Counted from the first letter of the stretch, positions 35,994 to 43,173 are shown. The stretch: 45,116 nt of DNA from an uncultured Candidatus Saccharibacteria bacterium (GCA_964534415.1 CAZHOL010000004.1:1-45116), one strand, 5' to 3'. Program-made: numbers and translations. The notes: a model not told the origin generated them from the letters alone.

Positions 35994-36002
35994 ATTCTAT
36001 CA
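35994..36002 (-). promoter_or_regulatory. Extended -10 promoter (TGaTAGAAT) of the tRNA-Thr-prfB-ftsEX-pyrG unit
   Basis: Minus strand cTGaTAGAATagtttgataatt, then the tRNA 5' end. Confidence 0.5.
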
Positions 36003-36016
36003 GGAAATGAGGAAGT

Positions 36017-36046
36017 AAAAAAGCGGTCCCTTTCGAGACCGCTTTT
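36017..36046 (-). terminator. Intrinsic terminator of cassette B (bidirectional shape)
   Basis: AGCGGTC-8 nt-GACCGCT flanked by an A-run and a T-run, 14 nt after the stop of the 72-aa ORF. Confidence 0.7.
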
Positions 36047-36059
36047 CTTGGGCCGTTGA

Positions 36060-36278
36060 TCAACCATGCTTCGTCAATTCAGCCCCTTTACCACCCCGCA
36101 GGCCGATTCGACCCGTGGAATCACGATTTCTCCTGACAATGTCATCCAAATCAGGATGGGGAACGACGGGCATTCCTGGCCCCTGGAAAATTTCCGCCCC
36201 GGTCGTGGGGTCGGTCCTGAGGAATTTCGGCCCGGCCACCGTGACACACCCGGATCTTTTACCACTCGGCTTTTTCAT
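36060..36278 (-). CDS. Hypothetical 72-aa Gly/Pro-rich protein (GC-rich cassette B)
   Basis: SD GAGAGGTGGAGGT 8 nt upstream of the ATG at 36278, with its own promoter and terminator. Four frames are open across the segment. No family recognised. Confidence 0.4.
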   Translation of the reverse strand: MKKPSGKRSGCVTVAGPKFLRTDPTTGAEIFQGPGMPVVPHPDLDDIVRRNRDSTGRIGLRGGKGAELTKHG

Positions 36279-36340
36279 CTGTACTAACCTCCACCTCTCG
36301 TCATCACACACCATGTGCAACATACGAAAGTCTGCAAAAT

Positions 36341-36368
36341 ACTTTACCACATAATTATATTAAATCAA
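36341..36368 (-). promoter_or_regulatory. Promoter of cassette B, TTGATT-16-TAAAGT
   Basis: Minus strand TTGATTtaatataattatgtggTAAAGT. Confidence 0.5.
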
Positions 36369-36385
36369 CTTTTTCCACAATTCAG

Positions 36386-36458
36386 AGCCACCTCGCAGAA
36401 TCGAACTGCGGACCTACGCGCTACGAGTGCGTTGCTCTGCCAACTGAGCTAAGGTGGC
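36386..36458 (-). tRNA. tRNA-Thr (anticodon CGT)
   Basis: Manual cloverleaf: acceptor GCCACCT/AGGTGGC, anticodon loop CTCGTAG, T arm CGCAG-TTCGATT-CTGCG. One A-C mismatch closes the anticodon stem. Confidence 0.9.
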
Positions 36459-36498
36459 TTGGGCTTTCAAAATTCCTAAAAACAAGTATATTGTAGCT

Positions 36499-37221
36499 AT
36501 GAATGACATTGAAATGCAATACCCCATCAGAATCAACAAATATCTGCATGCGCAAAATATCTGTTCTCGTAGAAAGGCGGATGAATTAATCGAGCAAGGA
36601 AAAATTAAAGTAAACGGCGTGGTCGCTGTGCTCGGGCAGAAAATCAACGAGGGCGACAAAGTGGAGTTGACTGAAGAAGTTAAAAAGATGCCGATGAATT
36701 ACGAATATTTCATTTTCTACAAACCGCGCGGAGTTGTCTCACACAGCCCTCAGCTCGGCGAAAAAAGCGTCGATGATTTTTTCAATCCATCGAAAAAACT
36801 TTCGCATGTTGGGAGACTCGATAAAGATTCAGAGGGTCTGATGCTAATGACCAACGACGGACGAATCGTAGACAAAATGTTGAATCCAGAAAACGAGCAC
36901 GAGAAAGAATATTTAGTCAAAGTCGACAAAGAAATCAAAGAGTCTTTTAAGGCCAAGATGGAGCGCGGTGTGCAAATCGAAGATTACAAAACTCGTCCTT
37001 GTCAGGTGAAAATTACCGGCGACCGTTCCTTCAAAATAATTTTAACCGAAGGCAAGAAGCACCAAATTCGCCGAATGTGTGCGGCGTTTGGTTACACTGT
37101 CATGGACCTAAAACGAATTCGAATGATGAACCTGAAACTGGCCGGCCTATTTCCAGGTCAGAGTCGCGCAATTAAAATGGACGAGAAAGTTGAATTACTA
37201 AAGTCAGTAGGGCTAATGTAA
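36499..37221 (+). CDS. RsuA/RluB/RluF-family pseudouridine synthase with an S4 domain
   Basis: S4 domain IRINKYLHAQNICSRRKADELIEQGKIKVNG, catalytic GRLDKDSEGLMLMTNDG. The ATG at 36499 has TATATT 6 nt upstream. Confidence 0.88.
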   Translation: MNDIEMQYPIRINKYLHAQNICSRRKADELIEQGKIKVNGVVAVLGQKINEGDKVELTEEVKKMPMNYEYFIFYKPRGVVSHSPQLGEKSVDDFFNPSKKLSHVGRLDKDSEGLMLMTNDGRIVDKMLNPENEHEKEYLVKVDKEIKESFKAKMERGVQIEDYKTRPCQVKITGDRSFKIILTEGKKHQIRRMCAAFGYTVMDLKRIRMMNLKLAGLFPGQSRAIKMDEKVELLKSVGLM

Positions 37222-37227
37222 TCTAAA

Positions 37228-37776
37228 TTAATTCAAAGTGAAATTAAATTTAATTAAGATATTCTGATCAACTCCTGTGAACTTGAAATTGAATGGTTTT
37301 GAATCAAGTAAAAATTCTCCGCTATATTTTTCTGCTTTGTCAGCCATAAATGAAATTTGCTGGGTTGCACCCTTCACGGTTAGATCACCAACTACTACAG
37401 CTCGACTCTCTCTCGTATCTACACTTTTCAAAACAAATTTAGATTGTGGGAATTGTTCACAACTAAAGAAATCGTCTGTGCAAAGATGCTGATCCAATTT
37501 TTCTATGCCAGTTGAAATCGATTTCATTTCGAAAATTATTTCTGATCCAGAAATTGTGGATGTGGCAAATACTCCTTCGTGCTTTTTTCCTGCTGGACCA
37601 AATCCTGTGAAAGTTAACTCTGCAGTTTTTAATGTTGGTGTAGAAGTCGCCACCTGTTCTGTTGATGATACTATTGTTGCCCTCTCAACATTTGTTGGAG
37701 TAGATCGATAATTGATAACTACATATACAACTGCGGCTATTAAAATGACTCCACCAATTATTTTTTTCTTGTTCAT
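37228..37776 (-). CDS. YceI-like domain protein, membrane anchored
   Basis: N-terminal anchor. DDFFSCEQFPQSKF and GDLTVKGATQQISF are typical YceI blocks. Confidence 0.78.
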   Translation of the reverse strand: MNKKKIIGGVILIAAVVYVVINYRSTPTNVERATIVSSTEQVATSTPTLKTAELTFTGFGPAGKKHEGVFATSTISGSEIIFEMKSISTGIEKLDQHLCTDDFFSCEQFPQSKFVLKSVDTRESRAVVVGDLTVKGATQQISFMADKAEKYSGEFLLDSKPFNFKFTGVDQNILIKFNFTLN

Positions 37777-37806
37777 AGTCCGAAAATTATATCACGTTTG
37801 GGAAAT

Positions 37807-37839
37807 AAAAAAGCCCCGGGTTGTCAGCCCGAAGCTTTT
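37807..37839 (-). terminator. Intrinsic terminator of cassette C (bidirectional shape)
   Basis: Minus strand GCTTCGGG-ctgacaa-CCCGGGGC followed by TTTTTT. Confidence 0.7.
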
Positions 37840-37855
37840 GCTGAGATGATGTCGG

Positions 37856-38227
37856 TCAGGACATCACCTCTTTGTTGGTGAGCATACCGTGGCGATGCTC
37901 GGGTGAACTCGTGGGTCGCAAATTGACCCCAGAGATCAAGCCGAGTCCTGCGACGAGGCAGATCACCCCAGTGGTGAGCCCGGCTCCCCAGACCCAACCC
38001 TGATATCCTTCAGGGACATAGCAACCCCCGACCAGAATCGTGGTCGCCAATGCGGATCCGAGTACGATAGTTGCTCCTCCAGCCTTGCTGCACAGGGCAA
38101 CAAGGGTCAGAAGCGCCAATCCCATAACGACGAACCCGCAGCTTCCGAGCTGCGTATCGATGGGCAACTTGCTCTCGACAAACAGGACGGCGGCCGCCCC
38201 AATGAACGCAACAATGACGTTTTTCAT
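37856..38227 (-). CDS. Small Gly/Ala-rich membrane protein, about 4 TM (GC-rich cassette C)
   Basis: 123 aa from MKNVIVAFIGAAAV. GGAAAGG 4 nt upstream of the ATG. Strong promoter at 38290-38318. Confidence 0.5.
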   Translation of the reverse strand: MKNVIVAFIGAAAVLFVESKLPIDTQLGSCGFVVMGLALLTLVALCSKAGGATIVLGSALATTILVGGCYVPEGYQGWVWGAGLTTGVICLVAGLGLISGVNLRPTSSPEHRHGMLTNKEVMS

Positions 38228-38289
38228 GACGCCTTTCCGAGGGTTTAACCCCTCTTTTTTCGTTTTTTGATAACTGAAGGAACCTTTGT

Positions 38290-38318
38290 ATATTATCACA
38301 CTTCAATCTGCCTGTCAA
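38290..38318 (-). promoter_or_regulatory. Promoter of cassette C, TTGACA-17-TAATAT
   Basis: Minus strand TTGACAggcagattgaagtgtgaTAATAT. Confidence 0.55.
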
Positions 38319-38369
38319 CCCTCAACATTTCCTAACATAATACTACCATCAAATCACCATTTGTCTAAA

Positions 38370-38403
38370 GAAAAAGGGCCCATATCAAAGCTATGCGGGC
38401 CCT
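38370..38403 (-). terminator. Intrinsic terminator of the 58-aa gene
   Basis: Minus strand AGGGCCC-15 nt-GGGCCCT followed by TTTTC, 6 nt after the stop. Confidence 0.6.
38392..38403. repeat. Left arm of a perfect 12-bp inverted repeat (TATGCGGGCCCT)
   Basis: It is the reverse complement of 38698-38709. Confidence 0.6.
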
Positions 38404-38409
38404 CTTGCG

Positions 38410-38586
38410 TTATTCTACTTTTTTATCCAATTCTTCTTTGACACTTTGATGGATTTCTTTGATTTCTGTGCCAAATCTCTCAAGTCTTTTTAAGATTTTG
38501 GATCTTCTCCTCTCTTCAATCTCGTGTAACAATTCCAATCTTGTTACCCGTCTTTCCAACTCTTCAATTCTCGACTCTATATCCAT
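38410..38586 (-). CDS. Hypothetical 58-aa coiled-coil protein (below the ORF-track length cut-off)
   Basis: AAGGAGG 5 nt upstream of the ATG. Translates to MDIESRIEELERRVTRLELLHEIEERRRSKILKRLERFGTEIKEIHQSVKEELDKKVE. A terminator follows. Confidence 0.5.
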   Translation of the reverse strand: MDIESRIEELERRVTRLELLHEIEERRRSKILKRLERFGTEIKEIHQSVKEELDKKVE

Positions 38587-38697
38587 TCTTCCTCCTTTTG
38601 TTGTTATTTTATTCTGGGTTCTCTCGCTACAATGTACTTCTGCAAAATCATCTGCCTCGACACTATCATTTTAGTGAAATTTGTAAAGCAATTAGAA

Positions 38698-38709
38698 AGG
38701 GCCCGCATA
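38698..38709. repeat. Right arm of a perfect 12-bp inverted repeat (AGGGCCCGCATA)
   Basis: It is the reverse complement of 38392-38403 and lies inside the hairpin at 38699-38727. Confidence 0.6.
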
Positions 38710-38745
38710 CGCAAGCGTAGCGAGCCCATTTCGAGTCATCAGGAT

Positions 38746-38955
38746 TTAATTCCTGGGACAATTATCCGCGATCAACTCGCTTCTATTGTTGTATAACTCT
38801 ACTTGACCATTATTCCGAATGGTCCACGAAGTTGCTCTTCTTTCGAAGTCCAAATTTCGTGTCTGACCAATTTCGCAATTGGCCCTCTCTTTTCGGATTA
38901 AATTTCTTCTTTCCGAATTTTGATTCTCATCATCTTTTTCGCTTGTACTAACCAT
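38746..38955 (-). CDS. Hypothetical 69-aa protein
   Basis: AAAGGAAAA 8 nt upstream of the ATG. The GC-rich hairpin at 38699-38727 lies 19 nt after the stop. No family recognised. Confidence 0.3.
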   Translation of the reverse strand: MVSTSEKDDENQNSERRNLIRKERANCEIGQTRNLDFERRATSWTIRNNGQVELYNNRSELIADNCPRN

Positions 38956-39086
38956 TTTCTGTATTTTCCTTTTGTTTGCCTGCCAACTATCAAACCTGAT
39001 AAATTCATACGACTACGAGCCGACTTCATTATCATTAAATAAATCAACAGGTCCTTTACGAATATAGCAAACTTGCACAAAAAAAT

Positions 39087-39299
39087 CTACCTCTCCACCT
39101 TATTATCAAAAATCGCTTGTGCTTGTTGCATCGCATCTACTTCTCCCAATTCCCCTTTTCTGTACATCTCTTCAATTGCATTCACTCGATTAAATTCGGA
39201 ATCATTATTACCATAAGTACCAAGTTGCTGTCTCACATATCCAAAAAAATTCAAAACCTCTTCTTTAACGATTGATTTTTCTAAGGTTTCAATGCTCAT
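39087..39299 (-). CDS. Hypothetical 70-aa protein downstream of murI
   Basis: TGaTATAAT box 6 nt upstream of the ATG, overlapping the murI stop. No family recognised. Confidence 0.45.
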   Translation of the reverse strand: MSIETLEKSIVKEEVLNFFGYVRQQLGTYGNNDSEFNRVNAIEEMYRKGELGEVDAMQQAQAIFDNKVER

Positions 39300-39306
39300 G
39301 TCAATA

Positions 39307-40125
39307 TTATATCAAACTCGCTTTCTTTACCATAATTTTCTTGCCAAAGAATTTTCCACCCAGAATGCGGAATTTTTCAGTCAGATCAGTTGAATAGAAA
39401 GTAACATTCCCTCCCCTGGTTAATCTGCCATCGTATTCTGGATGTCGCTTCAAATAATTTTGAAGTTTTCCGGGAATTATTTTTTCTTCCGAAACAATTG
39501 CGATTTTCTTGCCAACAATTTTTCGAATCAATTTCTCTAGGAAACCATAATGAGTGCAACCCAGAATCAATGTATCAATTTTCTTATCAAGCAGCGGTTT
39601 GAGATATTGCACTAAAATAATTTCAGTTGCCTTTTGATGTTTTTCGAGAGCTTCAACAATTGGGACGAGGAGAGGTGCCGATTTCTGAAAAACTTGCACA
39701 CCCTTCTTTTCTTTTTTTAGTTGCACCTCAAATGCCCGCGAACGAACAGTGGCCTCAGTAGCGATTACACCAATCCGATTGTTTTTAGTAACTTCAACAG
39801 CGGTCTCTGAAGCTGGCTTCAAAACTCCGAGAACATTTTTCCCTGGATATTTCGCTGGCAAATATTCTTGTTGAATTTTGCGTAGGGCTTCAGCAGAAAC
39901 AGTATTGCACGCAAAGATAATTAATTCACAACCTTGTGCAAAGAGAAAATCGACCGCCTGTTTCGTGAATTCATAGATGGTTTCTTGTGAGCGAGTGCCG
40001 TAGGGCGTGCGGGCTGTGTCCCCCAAATATATATAGTCGTATTCAGGCGTTTTATTCACAATTCCGCGTAGAATACTGATTCCACCGAAGCCAGAGTCGA
40101 AGATGCCTATTTTTCCTTTATTCAT
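39307..40125 (-). CDS. murI: Glutamate racemase
   Basis: IGIFDSGFGG, IIFACNTVS, LILGCTHY (the two catalytic Cys blocks). 272 aa. Confidence 0.92.
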   Translation of the reverse strand: MNKGKIGIFDSGFGGISILRGIVNKTPEYDYIYLGDTARTPYGTRSQETIYEFTKQAVDFLFAQGCELIIFACNTVSAEALRKIQQEYLPAKYPGKNVLGVLKPASETAVEVTKNNRIGVIATEATVRSRAFEVQLKKEKKGVQVFQKSAPLLVPIVEALEKHQKATEIILVQYLKPLLDKKIDTLILGCTHYGFLEKLIRKIVGKKIAIVSEEKIIPGKLQNYLKRHPEYDGRLTRGGNVTFYSTDLTEKFRILGGKFFGKKIMVKKASLI

Positions 40126-40156
40126 GAGATAATACTAACAAATCTTAGTAAGAATA

Positions 40157-41341
40157 TTAAATACAGACACTTTCAAATGACTCCTTTATTTCAAAAGACT
40201 GTACTATCTTGTCTTGTAATGTTATTTCTTCTTGTGTAACATCACAATCTTGCAATGTACTAATTACAACCAGTTTTTCATCTGCGGTTATAAAAATATA
40301 GTCACTTACAGAAGCACACATATCTCCGGTTGAGAATTTAGTATATTTGAAACCCTTGTTAAAAAAATCTACGTTGAAATTTGTCTTATTTATCTTGTCA
40401 GACTTACACATATCACCATAAAATTCATCAAACCAAATATTTTTTTCTGAAAGATACTTAAAATTACCAACATCCACACCGACATGAAAACGGTAATCTT
40501 CCGGCTTATATACTGATACGACCAAACTGTCGAGTTCAACAAATTTAATCTTGTCTGCAGAAACATTTTTATCAAACTCAAAAAGAGTTAGCTCATTAGG
40601 GTATCTAAAAGAAAAATTATAATAATCACTTTGATAAGTATTCCAATTAGACTGATCACTCTCTTTTATAAAAGTAAAGTTATCTTTGTTTATATGACTC
40701 AAACAATCATATTGCAGCTCTTTATTTGAAATGGTTTTGCATATACTAGGATTTTCCTGAGCTAAAATTTTATATACTTCGCTTTGACACGAATATTTTG
40801 GCCGATATTTTTCGTTCTCAACAATGTTGTCGCAAATAGAAATATCTTTATGTTTCAAAGCCAAGCCACCATAGCAACTTGCCCTCGTTCCATCAGAAGA
40901 ATCCGTTGGCAAAGTGCTACATTTTTGCAAATCATCTCTCTGTACTGCAACTTTTGAAATACAATTACTCATGAAAAATTCCCTTGACTGTTCTGAGCGA
41001 AAATCATTTTGAAGATTACAAAGTTCGTAATCAGCAAACTTAAGGGCTTCGTCTTCAATACAATTCGCAATAGAATACTCCCTGTAATATTCCCCATCAT
41101 TTTGCTCCTGACAGAAAGAGATGATTGTAGATGTAGAATTATTTTTATTTATAATATCTTGACTGGATGTAGTACTTTCGATAGAAACTTCAGAATCAAT
41201 TTTATCTTCTCCAAAAAACATAGAACCAATAATTAAAAGAATAGTAAGCACGAGAGAAAAAATTGCCATTTTTAATTTTCTCTCAATAAATTTGACGAGA
41301 AAATCATAAATCCTAAAAGTAATTTCGAATAGTCTTAGCAT
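40157..41341 (-). CDS. Cys-rich secreted or membrane-anchored protein, unknown function
   Basis: Signal anchor MAIFSLVLTILLIIGSMFFG (alternative start at 41269), followed by about 12 regularly spaced Cys and a beta-rich C-terminal domain. Confidence 0.55.
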   Translation of the reverse strand: MLRLFEITFRIYDFLVKFIERKLKMAIFSLVLTILLIIGSMFFGEDKIDSEVSIESTTSSQDIINKNNSTSTIISFCQEQNDGEYYREYSIANCIEDEALKFADYELCNLQNDFRSEQSREFFMSNCISKVAVQRDDLQKCSTLPTDSSDGTRASCYGGLALKHKDISICDNIVENEKYRPKYSCQSEVYKILAQENPSICKTISNKELQYDCLSHINKDNFTFIKESDQSNWNTYQSDYYNFSFRYPNELTLFEFDKNVSADKIKFVELDSLVVSVYKPEDYRFHVGVDVGNFKYLSEKNIWFDEFYGDMCKSDKINKTNFNVDFFNKGFKYTKFSTGDMCASVSDYIFITADEKLVVISTLQDCDVTQEEITLQDKIVQSFEIKESFESVCI

Positions 41342-41415
41342 TAAATAATTAATTATTGAGTAAATACAATATCAATAATACCACAACATATTTATTAAAA
41401 GGTTAAATAAACAAT

Positions 41416-41448
41416 AAAAAAGCCCTACCACAAAGTCGTGGTTAGAGC
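41416..41448 (-). terminator. Intrinsic terminator overlapping the stop of the 71-aa ORF
   Basis: Minus strand GCTCTAACCAC-gacttt-GTGGTAGGGC (one bulge) followed by TTTTTT. Confidence 0.6.
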
Positions 41449-41657
41449 TGGTAAACAAAAAGCTTCTCCTCGGCAATCTCAACTGTTGCCAAAAATATTC
41501 CATTCCGAACGTGCATCGATTCTGGAGAGCCAACCACTATTCCAGGAAATCCAGGAATGTCGATTCCTGCCTCTCGATTGTCGCGAATTGAAATCAGTGC
41601 TGTGATTTCAGCGGTTTGTATGGCCACTTCAAGATCTGATGCAATTTTGATTTTCAT
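41442..41657 (-). CDS. Hypothetical 71-aa protein
   Basis: AAGGAGA 8 nt upstream of the ATG at 41657 (MKIKIASDLEV), with a terminator at its end. No family recognised. Confidence 0.45.
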   Translation of the reverse strand: MKIKIASDLEVAIQTAEITALISIRDNREAGIDIPGFPGIVVGSPESMHVRNGIFLATVEIAEEKLFVYQL

Positions 41658-41707
41658 CGCCTCATCTCCTTGATGGTTGTATTGTTCAGGGCTTTTCATA
41701 TAATATA

Positions 41708-42427
41708 TTAACTATTAAGACTTGTCAAATGCTTGGCTGTTTCCCGCATTACCTTTCGCAAAGAATTTTCATCACTAGTGAAATGAATCGTCTGCCCATC
41801 TGGTAGTTGTTCGCTGAAAATATCTTCACTAGCCCCGGGTTGATGAATTGATGAGCCAAAATCAATTACCCAAGGATTTCCTTCTCTATCAACCATAATA
41901 TTACCGGCGTGTAGATCTCGATGATAATATCCATCATTATTAAAATCTTCAATAAATTTTTCCAATTTTCCAAAGAAGACATCCATATCAAAATTATCAG
42001 GCAAACTCGCCTCTCCATTAAAAATCTGTCTCAAGCTATTTCCATCAACCTTATCCATGAAGAAAAAGTCTAGGCCCGTTTCTGGATCTGATACGCTACT
42101 CAACACCCGAGGAATTTGGACACGATCTGCACGGCTCATTCTAGAAACCATACTCTGAAAATCGAACTCGTGATCAAATGAGTAGTTATTCTGAACAGTT
42201 CTATGCTCTGGCTTTTTTATAATTTTAATACAACAAGGGTGAATGTGCCCAACAGAAAAAACTTTTGCCAAATTTCCCTCACCAAGTTTTTCATGTTCGT
42301 TACTGTCATAATCCTCAGATAAAAGATTCTCTACCATTTTCAACATCAACTTATAATGATGCTCAACCATCTGCTCGAAATGAGCTTTTTTCTCTGTCCA
42401 ACCAGCTAAAAAATCAGAATTTTCCAT
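41708..42427 (-). CDS. Minimal eukaryotic-like protein kinase fold protein (ePK/RIO/Kdo-like)
   Basis: CCIKIIKK (beta-3 Lys), YHRDLHAGNIMVD (catalytic loop), VIDFGSS (DFG). 239 aa. Confidence 0.72.
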   Translation of the reverse strand: MENSDFLAGWTEKKAHFEQMVEHHYKLMLKMVENLLSEDYDSNEHEKLGEGNLAKVFSVGHIHPCCIKIIKKPEHRTVQNNYSFDHEFDFQSMVSRMSRADRVQIPRVLSSVSDPETGLDFFFMDKVDGNSLRQIFNGEASLPDNFDMDVFFGKLEKFIEDFNNDGYYHRDLHAGNIMVDREGNPWVIDFGSSIHQPGASEDIFSEQLPDGQTIHFTSDENSLRKVMRETAKHLTSLNS

Positions 42428-42442
42428 ATAAGAATTATATCA

Positions 42443-42697
42443 TTAATATAATTGCGCGTGGCTACCTATATTCATCAAAACAATGCCTCCCTCAACTTCC
42501 TCATAATGAACTCTAATGTCGCTGGTGACGTTAAAACTTCGGGTTCCAATAAATTTACCAGTTAGTGCGTGATTATTTAAAGAATAATGAAATTGATCGT
42601 TTTGAAAAATCATAAATTTGAGTTTAAATTTATTTTGTATTGCTTTTGGCTGCTTATCAAAAGACTTGATAAATTTTTTGTGAAATCTGATTTGCAT
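42443..42697 (-). CDS. RelE/YafQ-family type II toxin (mRNA interferase)
   Basis: 84 aa. NNHALTGKFIGTRSFNVTSDIRVHYEE...MNIGSHAQLY matches the YafQ/RelE C-terminal pattern. Starts 4 nt after the antitoxin stop. Confidence 0.85.
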   Translation of the reverse strand: MQIRFHKKFIKSFDKQPKAIQNKFKLKFMIFQNDQFHYSLNNHALTGKFIGTRSFNVTSDIRVHYEEVEGGIVLMNIGSHAQLY

Positions 42698-42700
42698 TAG

Positions 42701-42973
42701 CTATATTTTTAAAGCCTTAAACAAATCGTCCGCATTGTTATATATTTTTGAAAGATTTTTTCCCTTCTTTATATCATTCTTTATCTGCAAAAATTCTTTC
42801 TTTGTTTTTTCATTAAACTCTGGAGCAACGCTCAAAACCACTCGACGCTCGTCGACAAATTTCTTGAGTGTGGCATTTATGACAACGCTCAACGATAGTC
42901 CGAGCTCGTTTGCCAATGCAGATGCACGATCTTTAATATCCTTATCTAATTTAACACTAGTTGTTGTTTTCAT
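42701..42973 (-). CDS. RelB/DinJ-family antitoxin (ribbon-helix-helix)
   Basis: MKTTTSVKLDKDIKDRASALANELGLSLSVVINATLKKFV is an RHH of the DinJ type. The tracked longer ORF runs through the promoter and operator. Confidence 0.85.
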   Translation of the reverse strand: MKTTTSVKLDKDIKDRASALANELGLSLSVVINATLKKFVDERRVVLSVAPEFNEKTKKEFLQIKNDIKKGKNLSKIYNNADDLFKALKI

Positions 42974-42997
42974 ATTACAAAGTATATACTTTGTAAT
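42974..42997. promoter_or_regulatory. Perfect 24-bp palindrome (ATTACAAAGTAT|ATACTTTGTAAT), putative antitoxin operator
   Basis: Read directly. It abuts the dinJ-like ATG and covers the -10 box. Confidence 0.65.
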
Positions 42998-43008
42998 ACT
43001 TATGTCAA
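42981..43008 (-). promoter_or_regulatory. TA-operon promoter TTGACA-16-TATACT, 7 nt upstream of the antitoxin ATG
   Basis: Minus strand TTGACAtaagtattacaaagtaTATACTttgtaatATG. Confidence 0.6.
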
Positions 43009-43160
43009 TCCTTGTACCCTTCAGCCTGCGCATTATACATCTCGGCATAAAGCCCACCCAATTTCAGAAGCTCTTCGTGTGTTCCGATTTCCTTGATATT
43101 TTGACCGTCAATCACCGCTATCTTGTCGGCGTTGCGAACCGTGGCGAATCTATGCGAAAT
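43005..43160 (-). pseudogene. Remnant of an ABC exporter ATPase gene (last ~51 codons only)
   Basis: Minus strand translates to ISHRFATVRNADKIAVIDGQNIKEIGTHEELLKLGGLYAEMYNAQAEGYKD-stop, the typical C-terminal tail of MsbA-type ABC exporters. An in-frame TAA lies directly upstream and there is no Walker or signature region. Confidence 0.7.
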
Positions 43161-43173
43161 TTATTTAACATAT

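Noticed and set aside
36066-36354. Plus-strand and alternative minus-strand ORFs across cassettes B, E and D (36066-36287, 36115-36354, 36074-36265, 44049-44341, 44058-44309, 43278-43704) and 26544-26990/26609-26899
   Set aside because: These are open frames expected from GC-rich, stop-poor sequence. Only the reported frames line up with an SD at correct spacing and with the terminator.
38898-39080. The 60-aa basic ORF overlapping the start of 38746-38955
   Set aside because: It begins with TTG, has no SD or -10 box at the start, and overlaps the better-supported frame. It is kept out of the feature list.
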